DNA from: Clostridiaceae bacterium
GTDB taxonomy: Bacteria; Bacillota; Clostridia; DSM-8532
Length of the DNA: 64,000 bases
Reading direction: 5' to 3'
Assembly (NCBI GenBank): GCA_012518025.1
Contig: JAAYTP010000008.1
Location: forward strand, 9,303-73,302
This document shows positions 7,712-16,620 of the stretch, in pieces. The notes beneath the pieces were generated by a model. The model did no database searches and had not been told where the DNA came from. It was given only the letters and a program-made list of their open reading frames with translations. The first letter of the stretch is position 1. Every line of letters begins with the position of its first letter. The position numbers and the translations under genes were made by a program.

Positions 7712-9496
7712 ATGGACGACGGCATAGCATCACTTTCCTTTGAGTTAAATGAATTATATAATATAAGGAATCAAGTTTTGGAGGGTTCACATTTGGACTT
7801 TATATTCGCAGCAGTCGTTTTTGGAATATTCGTGCTTATCAGCCTGCTCATCGACAGGGGTAAAAAGGATGACAAAGTATTGAAACGCCTGAGAGATCAT
7901 TGGGGCAAACTCCCTGAGAACAGTCATACCGACTTTGATTTTAGGCGCATTTCGGTGTTTTTCAGAGAGTATGGGAAAAAGAATGCCCGATACTATATCG
8001 ATGATACTACCTGGAATGATCTGGAGATGGACAAGCTCTATGCTCTGATAAACAGCACCCACACATCCATGGGGGATGAGGTGCTCTATTCTCTTCTTAG
8101 GACGCCTCTGTACGACAGCATTAGCATGGAGGAGAGGCTTGCGCTTATAGAATACTGGGAAGAGAACCCGCAGGTCAGGGAAAGTGTCCAGATGCTTCTG
8201 GAGCGGTTTGGCAAGTACAGGGATAAGGGAGCCTCAACCTTGATGGGGGATACCGAACACCTCAAGCTCAGGAAGGGCAATTGGTTCAGGCTGCTTACCT
8301 TTCTCCCCCTCCTTGCCATACCCGTAATTTTTGCTAATGTGGGCTTTGGCATGCTTTTGCTCATCCTGTCCATTGGGTTCAACGTTCTCTATCATGAAAG
8401 GGCGATTAAAGAAATCGATTCAAAAATATCCATAGTAACATCAGCCGTTGCCATCATAGCCCTTGCCGATAGAATAGCCGGGCTGGATTTAAAGGGTGTT
8501 CCAAGGATAAACACCCGCCTGAACGATCTGCTCAAAAGTTTGAGGGAGGTTGCCCGAAAAGGTTCTCCCAGCCTTTTTATCAATAAGGAGGTTATTGATG
8601 ATCCTTCAACTCTGCCAAAGATGATTTTTCTGATTGATATATGGAGTTATCAGGCATCGGTTCTTCTGCTGAAGCAAAAGGTTGATGAATTTGCTCAATT
8701 GTTTGAAATAATTGGCCTTTTGGATGCCACCATAAGCCTGGCATCATACAGAAAGACGCTGGAAAAATGGTGTGTCCCAAAGATTGAGTGGGAGCACGAT
8801 CAAGGTATTAACAGTATTAATGCTTTTAACGTCAGGCATCCAATGGTGAAAAACTGCGTGGGAAACCCTGTTCTCCTTAATAAACCTGTTTTGATCACTG
8901 GCTCCAATGCATCAGGAAAGTCCACATACCTTAAAACTGTTGCCATCAATACCCTTATGGCACATACCATTGGCACATGCCTGGCTGAAAGCTGGACATC
9001 GGTACCTCTTTTCCCCATTACCTCCATGGCGCTGAGAGACAGCATTCTCGATGGTGAGAGCTACTTTATTGCCGAGATCAAATCCTTTAAGAGGATCTTC
9101 TCTGCTGTTAATCCCCGTATCAAATGCTTATGCATCGTGGATGAGGTTTTGCGGGGAACCAATACCATAGAAAGGATTGCGGCATCGTCAAGGGTTCTGG
9201 AGTCTCTTGCCCGCCAAAATATCTGTCTTATGGCAGCCACCCATGACCAGGAACTTGCCGATATACTTGAGGAAATCTTTGAAAACATGCATTTTGAAGA
9301 AATCGTTACCGATAGTGAGGTAAGTTTTGACTACAGGGTCAAAGAGGGAAGGGCAACAACTCGAAATGCTATAAAACTTCTTAAAGTCATGGGGTTTGAT
9401 CCAAAGATAGTCTCTGACTGCATGGACGCGGTTGCCCATTTTGAGGCCACAAGGCATTGGAAAAGGATCGAAGAAAAACCAGAACTACCTGGCTGA
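7712..9496 (+). CDS. MutS-family ATPase (domain III/V only) with N-terminal transmembrane helices
   Basis: Walker A GSNASGKSTYLKTV, Walker B CLCIVDEVLRGTN and a TH motif (AATHDQEL). There is no mismatch-binding domain. Hydrophobic helices are at FIFAAVVFGIFVLISLLI and LLTFLPLLAIPVIFANVGFGMLLLILSIGF. Confidence 0.75.
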   Translation: MDDGIASLSFELNELYNIRNQVLEGSHLDFIFAAVVFGIFVLISLLIDRGKKDDKVLKRLRDHWGKLPENSHTDFDFRRISVFFREYGKKNARYYIDDTTWNDLEMDKLYALINSTHTSMGDEVLYSLLRTPLYDSISMEERLALIEYWEENPQVRESVQMLLERFGKYRDKGASTLMGDTEHLKLRKGNWFRLLTFLPLLAIPVIFANVGFGMLLLILSIGFNVLYHERAIKEIDSKISIVTSAVAIIALADRIAGLDLKGVPRINTRLNDLLKSLREVARKGSPSLFINKEVIDDPSTLPKMIFLIDIWSYQASVLLLKQKVDEFAQLFEIIGLLDATISLASYRKTLEKWCVPKIEWEHDQGINSINAFNVRHPMVKNCVGNPVLLNKPVLITGSNASGKSTYLKTVAINTLMAHTIGTCLAESWTSVPLFPITSMALRDSILDGESYFIAEIKSFKRIFSAVNPRIKCLCIVDEVLRGTNTIERIAASSRVLESLARQNICLMAATHDQELADILEEIFENMHFEEIVTDSEVSFDYRVKEGRATTRNAIKLLKVMGFDPKIVSDCMDAVAHFEATRHWKRIEEKPELPG

Positions 9497-9551
9497 CTGG
9501 GCGAAAGAGTATCCTTTGGCTTCAGTTGCATATATCCACCGGAAAGGATGA

Positions 9552-10313
9552 ATGAATATGACAAGACTGATTTCATGGAATGTAAATGGCTTAAGAGCTG
9601 CTATAGGGAAAGGATTTCTGGATTTCTTGGACAGCAAATCTCCAGATATATTATGCCTTCAGGAGATCAAACTGAGCGAGGGGCAGTTGGATCTGGAGTT
9701 GGAGGGATATACCCTCTATTTCAACTATGCAGAGAAAAAGGGCTATTCCGGAACCGCTATTTTCACAAAAAAGCAGCCTCTGAAGGTATCCTATGGAATG
9801 GGGATGGAAGAGCATGACAGGGAAGGGAGAATGATCACCCTCGAATTTGACGATTACTATCTGGTGAATATCTATACCCCCAACTCCCAGAGAGGTCTGG
9901 AGAGGCTTCCCTACAGGATGATATGGGAAGATGATTTAAGAAACTACCTCTTATCGCTGGATGCCCATAAGCCTGTCATATTCTGTGGGGATCTCAATGT
10001 AGCCCATAAGGAGATTGATCTTAAAAACCCAAAATCCAATGTAAAGAATGCGGGTTTTACCCCTGAGGAAAGAAGCAAGATGACCCAGCTTCTCGAATCG
10101 GGATTTATAGATACCTTCCGCCATTTCTATCCTGACAGAACCGATGCCTATACCTGGTGGTCCTATATGTTCAAGGCAAGAGAAAAGAATGTGGGGTGGC
10201 GTATCGACTATTTCTGTGTATCGGAAAGATTCAAGTCAAGGCTTGTGGACGCTGCCATATTGTCCGATGTCTATGGCTCTGATCATTGTCCTGTGGAACT
10301 GATTATCGAATAA
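9552..10313 (+). CDS. xth: exodeoxyribonuclease III (AP endonuclease)
   Basis: 253 aa. Motifs: [23 protein letters not shown] and GSDHCPV. Confidence 0.9.
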   Translation: MNMTRLISWNVNGLRAAIGKGFLDFLDSKSPDILCLQEIKLSEGQLDLELEGYTLYFNYAEKKGYSGTAIFTKKQPLKVSYGMGMEEHDREGRMITLEFDDYYLVNIYTPNSQRGLERLPYRMIWEDDLRNYLLSLDAHKPVIFCGDLNVAHKEIDLKNPKSNVKNAGFTPEERSKMTQLLESGFIDTFRHFYPDRTDAYTWWSYMFKAREKNVGWRIDYFCVSERFKSRLVDAAILSDVYGSDHCPVELIIE

Positions 10314-10950
10314 GCCCGATTCCTGCCAGCAGTATCAGAATCAGGGACGGAAGGTATTTGGCTAATGAAGAGGATGGTTTATTTACAAATCTCATTCCCA
10401 GTTTTCCGCCTATGATGAGGCCTGCCAGTTGACCAATACTCAGCGCTACAGGAAAGAGGATTGTGTTCTGTCCTATAAGGGCGCTGCACAGAATTAAGCC
10501 CACCGAGTCCAATGTCAGGGCAACGGACAGAAGAATGGATTCCAGGGGATCTATCCTGCCCGATTGGTCTATATCAGCTTCCGATGGATACTTTAGCACC
10601 TGGATGGTGATGCCGGCTGATTTCAGAACAAGTTTGAAGAGTGTTCTTGGTGTTGTATCGATAAGATCACTCTTTTTTTTGTGCTTTGGTTTACTGTCCA
10701 ATAAGGTTGTGAGCAGCATGAATAATCCCATTATGGCAAGAATGATCTGCCCTAAAATCTCAGCAAGGCCTGATGGAATGAATTTTGTAAGTGAGGCCGA
10801 AGCCAGTTCTGAGATACAGCCAACAACCAGAGCCGTAATAAAGATAAGGAACTTCGAAACAAAGGGGATACGGATCCCTCTGGCTGAATAGGACATACCC
10901 GCCAGAACACAGTCAAAGCTCGAAATGAGGGTCATAACCAGTATCCACAT
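10303..10950 (-). CDS. ytaF: sporulation membrane protein YtaF-like (MntP/DUF204 superfamily)
   Basis: 215-aa polytopic ORF with N-terminus [20 protein letters not shown]. Its 3' end overlaps the convergent xth gene by 11 nt. Confidence 0.65.
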   Translation of the reverse strand: MWILVMTLISSFDCVLAGMSYSARGIRIPFVSKFLIFITALVVGCISELASASLTKFIPSGLAEILGQIILAIMGLFMLLTTLLDSKPKHKKKSDLIDTTPRTLFKLVLKSAGITIQVLKYPSEADIDQSGRIDPLESILLSVALTLDSVGLILCSALIGQNTILFPVALSIGQLAGLIIGGKLGMRFVNKPSSSLAKYLPSLILILLAGIGLIR

Positions 10951-11174
10951 AAAGACAGCACCTCATGCAGCTCTCTTCCTATGATATGCAGCCCGGCAAT
11001 ATGAAGTTAAGCCATATAAACATCAACAGCAGCCATCCCCTCACACACATAGTGTTTTCGCACGACGGCCGTCTCCTGTCGTAACGGGAAGCCTGTACTA
11101 TTACGGCCGGAAACAGCATAGGATAGATTGTCCTGTTTGGTGGTTTTATTGCAAAGTACCTAAGGAGTGATGTT

Positions 11175-13868
11175 GTGGAAACGGAAAGACAACTCCCCAT
11201 AATGGACAATTACAGGAATGCCGCTCATGGGCTGACTGGAGAGGAAGCTAATAAAAGACTGGAAATCCACGGAAGAAACGTTCTAAAGCCCGCAAAGCGT
11301 CATGGATGGCTTAAGATCCTGTTTTCCCAGTTTACAGACCTGATGATAATTATTCTGATAGCGTCCTCCATAATATCGTTTACCATGGGAGAAAACAGTG
11401 AAGGTATCGCCATTCTTGCCATCATTCTATTGAACGGACTTTTGGGATTTATCCAGGAGATGAGAACCGAAAAAGCCATGGAGGCTCTTATGAGCCTTGC
11501 CGCGCCCCATGCCAGAGTGGTCAGGGATGGGGTTATACGGGATATTCCTGCCGAAGAGGTGGTACCAGGAGATTTGATCGTTCTTGAGGCCGGGAATCGT
11601 GTGCCGGCAGATGCAGTTTTGCTGGAGGCCAACAATCTTTATTCTGATGAATCAATGCTCACCGGGGAGTCAATCCCTGTGGCCAAGATCCGAACTGATC
11701 AGACAAATGCCAGTCTGACCGGTGTGACATCCCGGAATATGGTTTACATGGGAAGCATGATCACCAACGGAACCGGACGAGCCCTGGTCATGGTTACCGG
11801 TATGGAAACCGAGATGGGAAAAATCGCTGAAATGATGGAAACCGCAGGCGTTCAGGATACCCCCCTCCAAAAAAAGCTCGAGAAGCTTGGAGAGTATATG
11901 GTTACCGGATGCCTGGCTATCTGTGCCATTGTGGCGGTACTGGGCATTTTGAGAGGTGAGCCTGTCATCCAAATGCTCCTTGGAGGTATCAGCCTTGCGG
12001 TAGCCGCAGTTCCTGAAGGATTGCCTGCGGTTGTAACAATTGCTTTGGCCATCGGCGTTAGAAGAATGGTTCAGAAAAATGCTCTCATAAGACGCCTGCC
12101 TGCTGTTGAAACCCTGGGATGTGCCACGGTTATCTGCTCGGACAAGACAGGAACCCTTACAGAGAACAGGATGACCGTTGTTGAGGCCTATGCCGGAAAG
12201 AACCCGTATGTGATGCGGAAGAACAACCAGGGCAGATTAAGCGCTTATTGTCGCGGAAGAGAGGTACATGTGGAAAAGACCACAGGCCTGAAGCTCCTTT
12301 TAAAGATTGGCATGCTCTGCGGCAACACCCGGATCATGGAAAGCAACAGTGATGCGGATCTTGATATAGAGGGCGATCCTACCGAGGTTGCTCTTGTGAG
12401 AGCTGCCATCGATACCGGGCTTGATAAGGAATCTGTTTTCAGTGCCTACAGAAGGGTTAGGGAAATCCCCTTTGATTCGGAGCGGAAGCTCATGTCGGTT
12501 ATTTGCAGATCCCAAAGCGGCGAGCTCTTCCTTTTTGCCAAGGGTGCACCGGAGATCATCATGGACAAATGCTCCAAAATCATGATCGCCGACAGGGAAA
12601 GGGATATCACCCAGGATGACCAGGATAAGCTGCGGGATGAATGCGCCGCCATGACATCCAGAGCATTGAGGGTCATGGCCTTTGCATATCGTACCGTTCA
12701 GCCCTACCAGTTATGGCGCGATGATTTGGAATCTCAGCTGGTATTCATAGGATTGGCTGGAATGACCGATCCCCCCAGAAAGGAAGCCATCGAATCGGTG
12801 GCCAAATGCAGACGGGCAGGAATAAAGACCATCATGATAACCGGCGATCATGTAAAAACCGCCACATCCATTGCCAAGTCCATGGATATATACAGGGATG
12901 GTGATCTGGTTGTCAATGGCAGAGAAATAGATCAGATGTCGGACCAGGAACTGGAAGAGGCCTGCCGGAAGGCAACGGTTTTTGCCAGGGTTTTCCCAAA
13001 GCATAAGATGAGGATAGTGAGAGCTATCAGAAACAACGGCAATATTGTTGCCATGACAGGGGATGGAGTGAACGATGCGCCAGCAGTAAAGGATGCCGAT
13101 ATAGGAATTGCTATGGGCAAATCCGGGACCGATGTAACCAGACAGGCGGCATCCATGATCCTTATGGATGATAATTTCTCCAGTATAGTGGCTGCAGTGG
13201 AAGAGGGCCGCAATATTTATTCCAATATAAGAAAATTTATCAGATACCTGCTGTCTTGCAATGTGGGTGAAGTACTCACCATGTTTTTATCCATGATAAT
13301 GGGTCTGCCTATTCCGCTTCTTCCAGCCCAGGTACTGGCTGTAAATCTTGCCACCGATGGTCTGCCCGCCATTGCTCTGGGGATGGAGCCGGGAGAACCC
13401 GACATTATGGAAAGACCACCCCGCAGTCCCGATGAGAGCATATTTTCACACGGGCTTGCCAGGCTGATCATGGTAAGGGGTATTTTTATTGCTATTTCTA
13501 CGATAGCAAGTTTTATGATAGTAAATACTATGAGCAAAAACCTTGCTGGTGCAAGAACAGCCGCGCTGGTGACCCTGGTTCTGTCCCAGCTCATCCATGT
13601 GTTTGAGTGTAAGTCGGAGCATAAGAGTCTGTTCGAACTGCCTGTGTTTTCAAACAAATACCTGATCTTTGCAGTGCTTTCTTCCATCCTGATGCTGCTG
13701 GGGATTATTTATCTGCCTTTCCTTTCTGCAATCTTTGGAACCACTGCCCTGGCACTGAACGAGTGGCTGATCGCCGGAGGCATCAGTCTGCTGGTGCCCA
13801 TACTGGTTGGTATTGTGGGTGCAAAAAAAACCATGCCGATGGAAGAGGCTGGACTGGAGCATAACTGA
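11175..13868 (+). CDS. P-type cation-transporting ATPase, P2A (Ca2+-type)
   Basis: 897 aa. Motifs: phosphorylation site ICSDKTGTLTEN, TGES, MITGDH, GDGVNDAPA and PEGLPAV. GTG start behind AGGAG. An ATG at 11202 is an alternative start. Confidence 0.85.
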   Translation: METERQLPIMDNYRNAAHGLTGEEANKRLEIHGRNVLKPAKRHGWLKILFSQFTDLMIIILIASSIISFTMGENSEGIAILAIILLNGLLGFIQEMRTEKAMEALMSLAAPHARVVRDGVIRDIPAEEVVPGDLIVLEAGNRVPADAVLLEANNLYSDESMLTGESIPVAKIRTDQTNASLTGVTSRNMVYMGSMITNGTGRALVMVTGMETEMGKIAEMMETAGVQDTPLQKKLEKLGEYMVTGCLAICAIVAVLGILRGEPVIQMLLGGISLAVAAVPEGLPAVVTIALAIGVRRMVQKNALIRRLPAVETLGCATVICSDKTGTLTENRMTVVEAYAGKNPYVMRKNNQGRLSAYCRGREVHVEKTTGLKLLLKIGMLCGNTRIMESNSDADLDIEGDPTEVALVRAAIDTGLDKESVFSAYRRVREIPFDSERKLMSVICRSQSGELFLFAKGAPEIIMDKCSKIMIADRERDITQDDQDKLRDECAAMTSRALRVMAFAYRTVQPYQLWRDDLESQLVFIGLAGMTDPPRKEAIESVAKCRRAGIKTIMITGDHVKTATSIAKSMDIYRDGDLVVNGREIDQMSDQELEEACRKATVFARVFPKHKMRIVRAIRNNGNIVAMTGDGVNDAPAVKDADIGIAMGKSGTDVTRQAASMILMDDNFSSIVAAVEEGRNIYSNIRKFIRYLLSCNVGEVLTMFLSMIMGLPIPLLPAQVLAVNLATDGLPAIALGMEPGEPDIMERPPRSPDESIFSHGLARLIMVRGIFIAISTIASFMIVNTMSKNLAGARTAALVTLVLSQLIHVFECKSEHKSLFELPVFSNKYLIFAVLSSILMLLGIIYLPFLSAIFGTTALALNEWLIAGGISLLVPILVGIVGAKKTMPMEEAGLEHN

Positions 13869-13993
13869 CCATGTTCAGGGTATAATCCAGGACAAAATCC
13901 TGTCCTTTTCATCTTAAGCGAAATAACGGCAAATACATAACCGTTGACTCTGCTGCCGGTGTTGGATAAACTGTAAACAGCGGACAGGAAGGG

Positions 13994-14740
13994 GTGATCG
14001 TTGTGCTTTCAATAAAAAATGTTTCCAAGAGCTATGCAAAGGGAAAGGTAAAGGCTGTCGACGATATTTCTCTTGAGGTAAGGCCAGGAGAAATTTTTGG
14101 GTTTTTAGGACCCAATGGTGCTGGAAAAACAACCACCATCAAGATGATTACCGGGGTACTTCCCATCGATACGGGAACCATAAATGTTAACGGACATGAT
14201 ATTGATAAGGATCCCATAAAAGCCAAGATGAGCATGGGCTATGTACCCGATACCCATGATATCTATGACCGGCTTACCGGCATTGAATACCTGAATTTCA
14301 TTGCGGATGTCTATGAGGTATCCCGTAAAGAACGGAAGCAGAACATAGAAAAGTACCTGGATATGTTCGAGATGAAGCAGGCTGCTGGTCAACCCATCAA
14401 AAGCTATTCCCATGGTATGAAGCAGAAGATCATCCTTACCGGGGCGCTTCTTCATAACCCGCCTCTCTGGATCCTGGACGAACCCATGACCGGCCTGGAT
14501 CCCAAATCAGCACATCTGATGAAGGAGGAGATGAACAGGCATTGCCAAAAGGGATATACCGTTTTCTTCTCCACCCATGTTCTGGAGGTCGCAGAAAGGC
14601 TCTGTCACCGCATCGGCATTATCAACAAGGGCAGAATCATTGCCGTAGGGACCCTGGATGAGCTTCGCAGATCGGGGGACAAGTCGCTGGAGAGTATTTT
14701 CCTGGAGCTTACTGATGAAGGAAGTGCTGGCCATGAGTAA
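13994..14740 (+). CDS. ABC transporter ATP-binding protein (ABC-2 type)
   Basis: Walker A GPNGAGKTT, signature YSHGMKQK and Walker B LWILDEP. The start is GTG 13994 or GTG 14003. Confidence 0.85.
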   Translation: MIVVLSIKNVSKSYAKGKVKAVDDISLEVRPGEIFGFLGPNGAGKTTTIKMITGVLPIDTGTINVNGHDIDKDPIKAKMSMGYVPDTHDIYDRLTGIEYLNFIADVYEVSRKERKQNIEKYLDMFEMKQAAGQPIKSYSHGMKQKIILTGALLHNPPLWILDEPMTGLDPKSAHLMKEEMNRHCQKGYTVFFSTHVLEVAERLCHRIGIINKGRIIAVGTLDELRRSGDKSLESIFLELTDEGSAGHE

Positions 14741-16409
14741 GTTTTTAAGTCTCCTGAAACTGCAGATAAATTCCCGGTTTGGGCTCTCCATGGCCAGGTA
14801 TAACTTTAGAAACGATAAAAAAGAGTTATGGAAGGCCGCAGGGCTTACTTTCATTATTGTTATTGCCCTGGGACAGGTTGTCTTTCTCTATAGCTATATC
14901 ATGCAAAGGTTATATATGGCGGCACAGTTGCTGAACTCGCCCCAGTTGATCCTTACTATGGGAGCGTCGGCTGCCGGACTGCTCATTCTTTTTTTCGGTA
15001 TATTCTATATACTGGGAGCCTTGTTTCTTGCCAGGGATACCGAGTTTCTGGCCTCCCTGCCCCTTAAGCAGAACAGCATATTCCTGTCCAAATTCATATT
15101 GGTTCTTTTGGGAGAGTACCCCATTGCCCTATTCTTGATGCTACCTCCCGTAATAATCTACGGAGCAGGGGCTCAGAAGGGTATTCTCTATTATATTACA
15201 GCTCTGATATGCATTCTTTTTCTGCCCATAGTACCCCTTATCATATCCTCGTTGCTGTCTTTGTGCCTTATGCACATTGTAAGCCGTTCAAAAAGAAGGG
15301 ATCTCATCATCATCGTGGGTTCCATCATCTTGTTTTTGGCTCTATTTGTGGGGCAGAATCTTCTTTTGTCCCGGATGCCCGAGAGCGGAACGGAAATGGA
15401 GTTTCTTCTCGAGATCCTGCAAAGGAGCGACGGGCTGGTTGAATGGTCGGGAAGGATATTCCCGCCCTCGGTATGGATCACCAAAGCTCTCTCCCATACA
15501 GGGGCGGAAGCCTTAAAGAACCTTGGATATCTTGTTCTTTTGTCGGTTGTCTCCTTCATACCCGTTTGGCTTCTTGCCTCGCTGATCTATCAAAGAGGGG
15601 CGTCTGCGCAACTGGAAGCTGAAAAAAGAACTATCAAAAGAAAACTGACCTATAAAGGCTCATCACCCATCATGGTCATTTTTAAGAATGAGTGGAAGAT
15701 GATCCTCAGAACCCCTGTATATGCTCTCAACTCTTTGATTGGGATAATTGTCGGACCGGTGATCATGGCTATGCCGCTCTTTGGAGGCAGCTTTGCTCAG
15801 GATCCTGATTTGCAGGCAATTTCTTCACTCATCGACCAATTCGGTTCATCCCCTGCACAGGTTTTGATTCTGTCGGGTATCTTAGTCCTGTTCGGATCAT
15901 TTAATGCTGCAGTTTCCAGCACCTACTCCCGGGAGGGGAAATCACTGTGGATCCTGAAGAGCATCCCGGTTAAGCCCCAAACCCAGGCTGCGGGAAAGCT
16001 GTTGGCGGGATACTCCATATCACTGCTCTGTGTTATTACCACCTCGCTGGCTATGGTATTTGCCCTGCGACTGAGCTTTGGCCTTTGGTTGTCCAGTGTT
16101 GTTCTCAGCGCTGCAGCGCTTTTTCCCATATGCCTTTCGGGAACGCTCATCGATCTTATCAGGCCCAAACTACATTGGAACAATCCCACCGAAGCCATCA
16201 AGCAAAACTTTAATGTGGTCTTGGGTATGCTGGCCGGAGTTATCATCATTATGGTTCTGGTTGCTCTTTGCTATGGTTTCCTCCAGCTTCAAATGAGCCC
16301 CGTTTTTCTCTATGGTCTTGTAGTCCTTATATTGGCAGCCTTATCCTGGGCAGGTATAAGTATTTTAAGGAAAGCCGCAGTTCGGGCTTACAGAAGACTG
16401 GAGGGCTGA
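14733..16409 (+). CDS. large polytopic ABC-exporter permease partner
   Basis: The start ATG at 14733 overlaps the ATPase stop (ATGA). The ~558-aa product has many hydrophobic helices. The family assignment rests only on genetic coupling to the ATPase gene. Confidence 0.6.
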   Translation: MSKFLSLLKLQINSRFGLSMARYNFRNDKKELWKAAGLTFIIVIALGQVVFLYSYIMQRLYMAAQLLNSPQLILTMGASAAGLLILFFGIFYILGALFLARDTEFLASLPLKQNSIFLSKFILVLLGEYPIALFLMLPPVIIYGAGAQKGILYYITALICILFLPIVPLIISSLLSLCLMHIVSRSKRRDLIIIVGSIILFLALFVGQNLLLSRMPESGTEMEFLLEILQRSDGLVEWSGRIFPPSVWITKALSHTGAEALKNLGYLVLLSVVSFIPVWLLASLIYQRGASAQLEAEKRTIKRKLTYKGSSPIMVIFKNEWKMILRTPVYALNSLIGIIVGPVIMAMPLFGGSFAQDPDLQAISSLIDQFGSSPAQVLILSGILVLFGSFNAAVSSTYSREGKSLWILKSIPVKPQTQAAGKLLAGYSISLLCVITTSLAMVFALRLSFGLWLSSVVLSAAALFPICLSGTLIDLIRPKLHWNNPTEAIKQNFNVVLGMLAGVIIIMVLVALCYGFLQLQMSPVFLYGLVVLILAALSWAGISILRKAAVRAYRRLEG

Positions 16410-16455
16410 CAGTCCCGGGATATTGTTTCTGGGTTGCAGTTCGACTGTATGAAGG

Positions 16456-16489
16456 AAAAAGGGAAGCCTCGGCTTCCCACTTTCTTTTG
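16456..16489 (+). terminator. intrinsic terminator after the ABC pair
   Basis: GGGAAGC-CTCG-GCTTCCC followed by ACTTTCTTTTG. Confidence 0.6.
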
Positions 16490-16620
16490 CGGCTATACTG
16501 CTAAAATGAAAAAACACAGTTTTAGAGCCCTATATTGACTTTACAGGTTTTGTCATGTAGTTTTATTATTATAAAGGAAGGCCAGATATTGGCTATTTGG
16601 AGTTTTGGGTGGGCAGGCAT

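Noticed and set aside
10951-11174. Possible Mn2+ (yybP-ykoY) or other riboswitch between divergent ytaF and the P-type ATPase
   Set aside because: Some local hairpins are present (GGCCG...CGGCC, AAACAG...CTGTTT). On neither strand could I find the conserved GGGGAGUAG and downstream motifs of yybP-ykoY. I leave the region unclassified.
16597-16620. TTG start proposed by the ORF track for the TIR gene
   Set aside because: It adds MEFWVGRH with no better RBS. ATG 16621 places the TIR core (YDAFISYRH) at the usual distance from the N-terminus.
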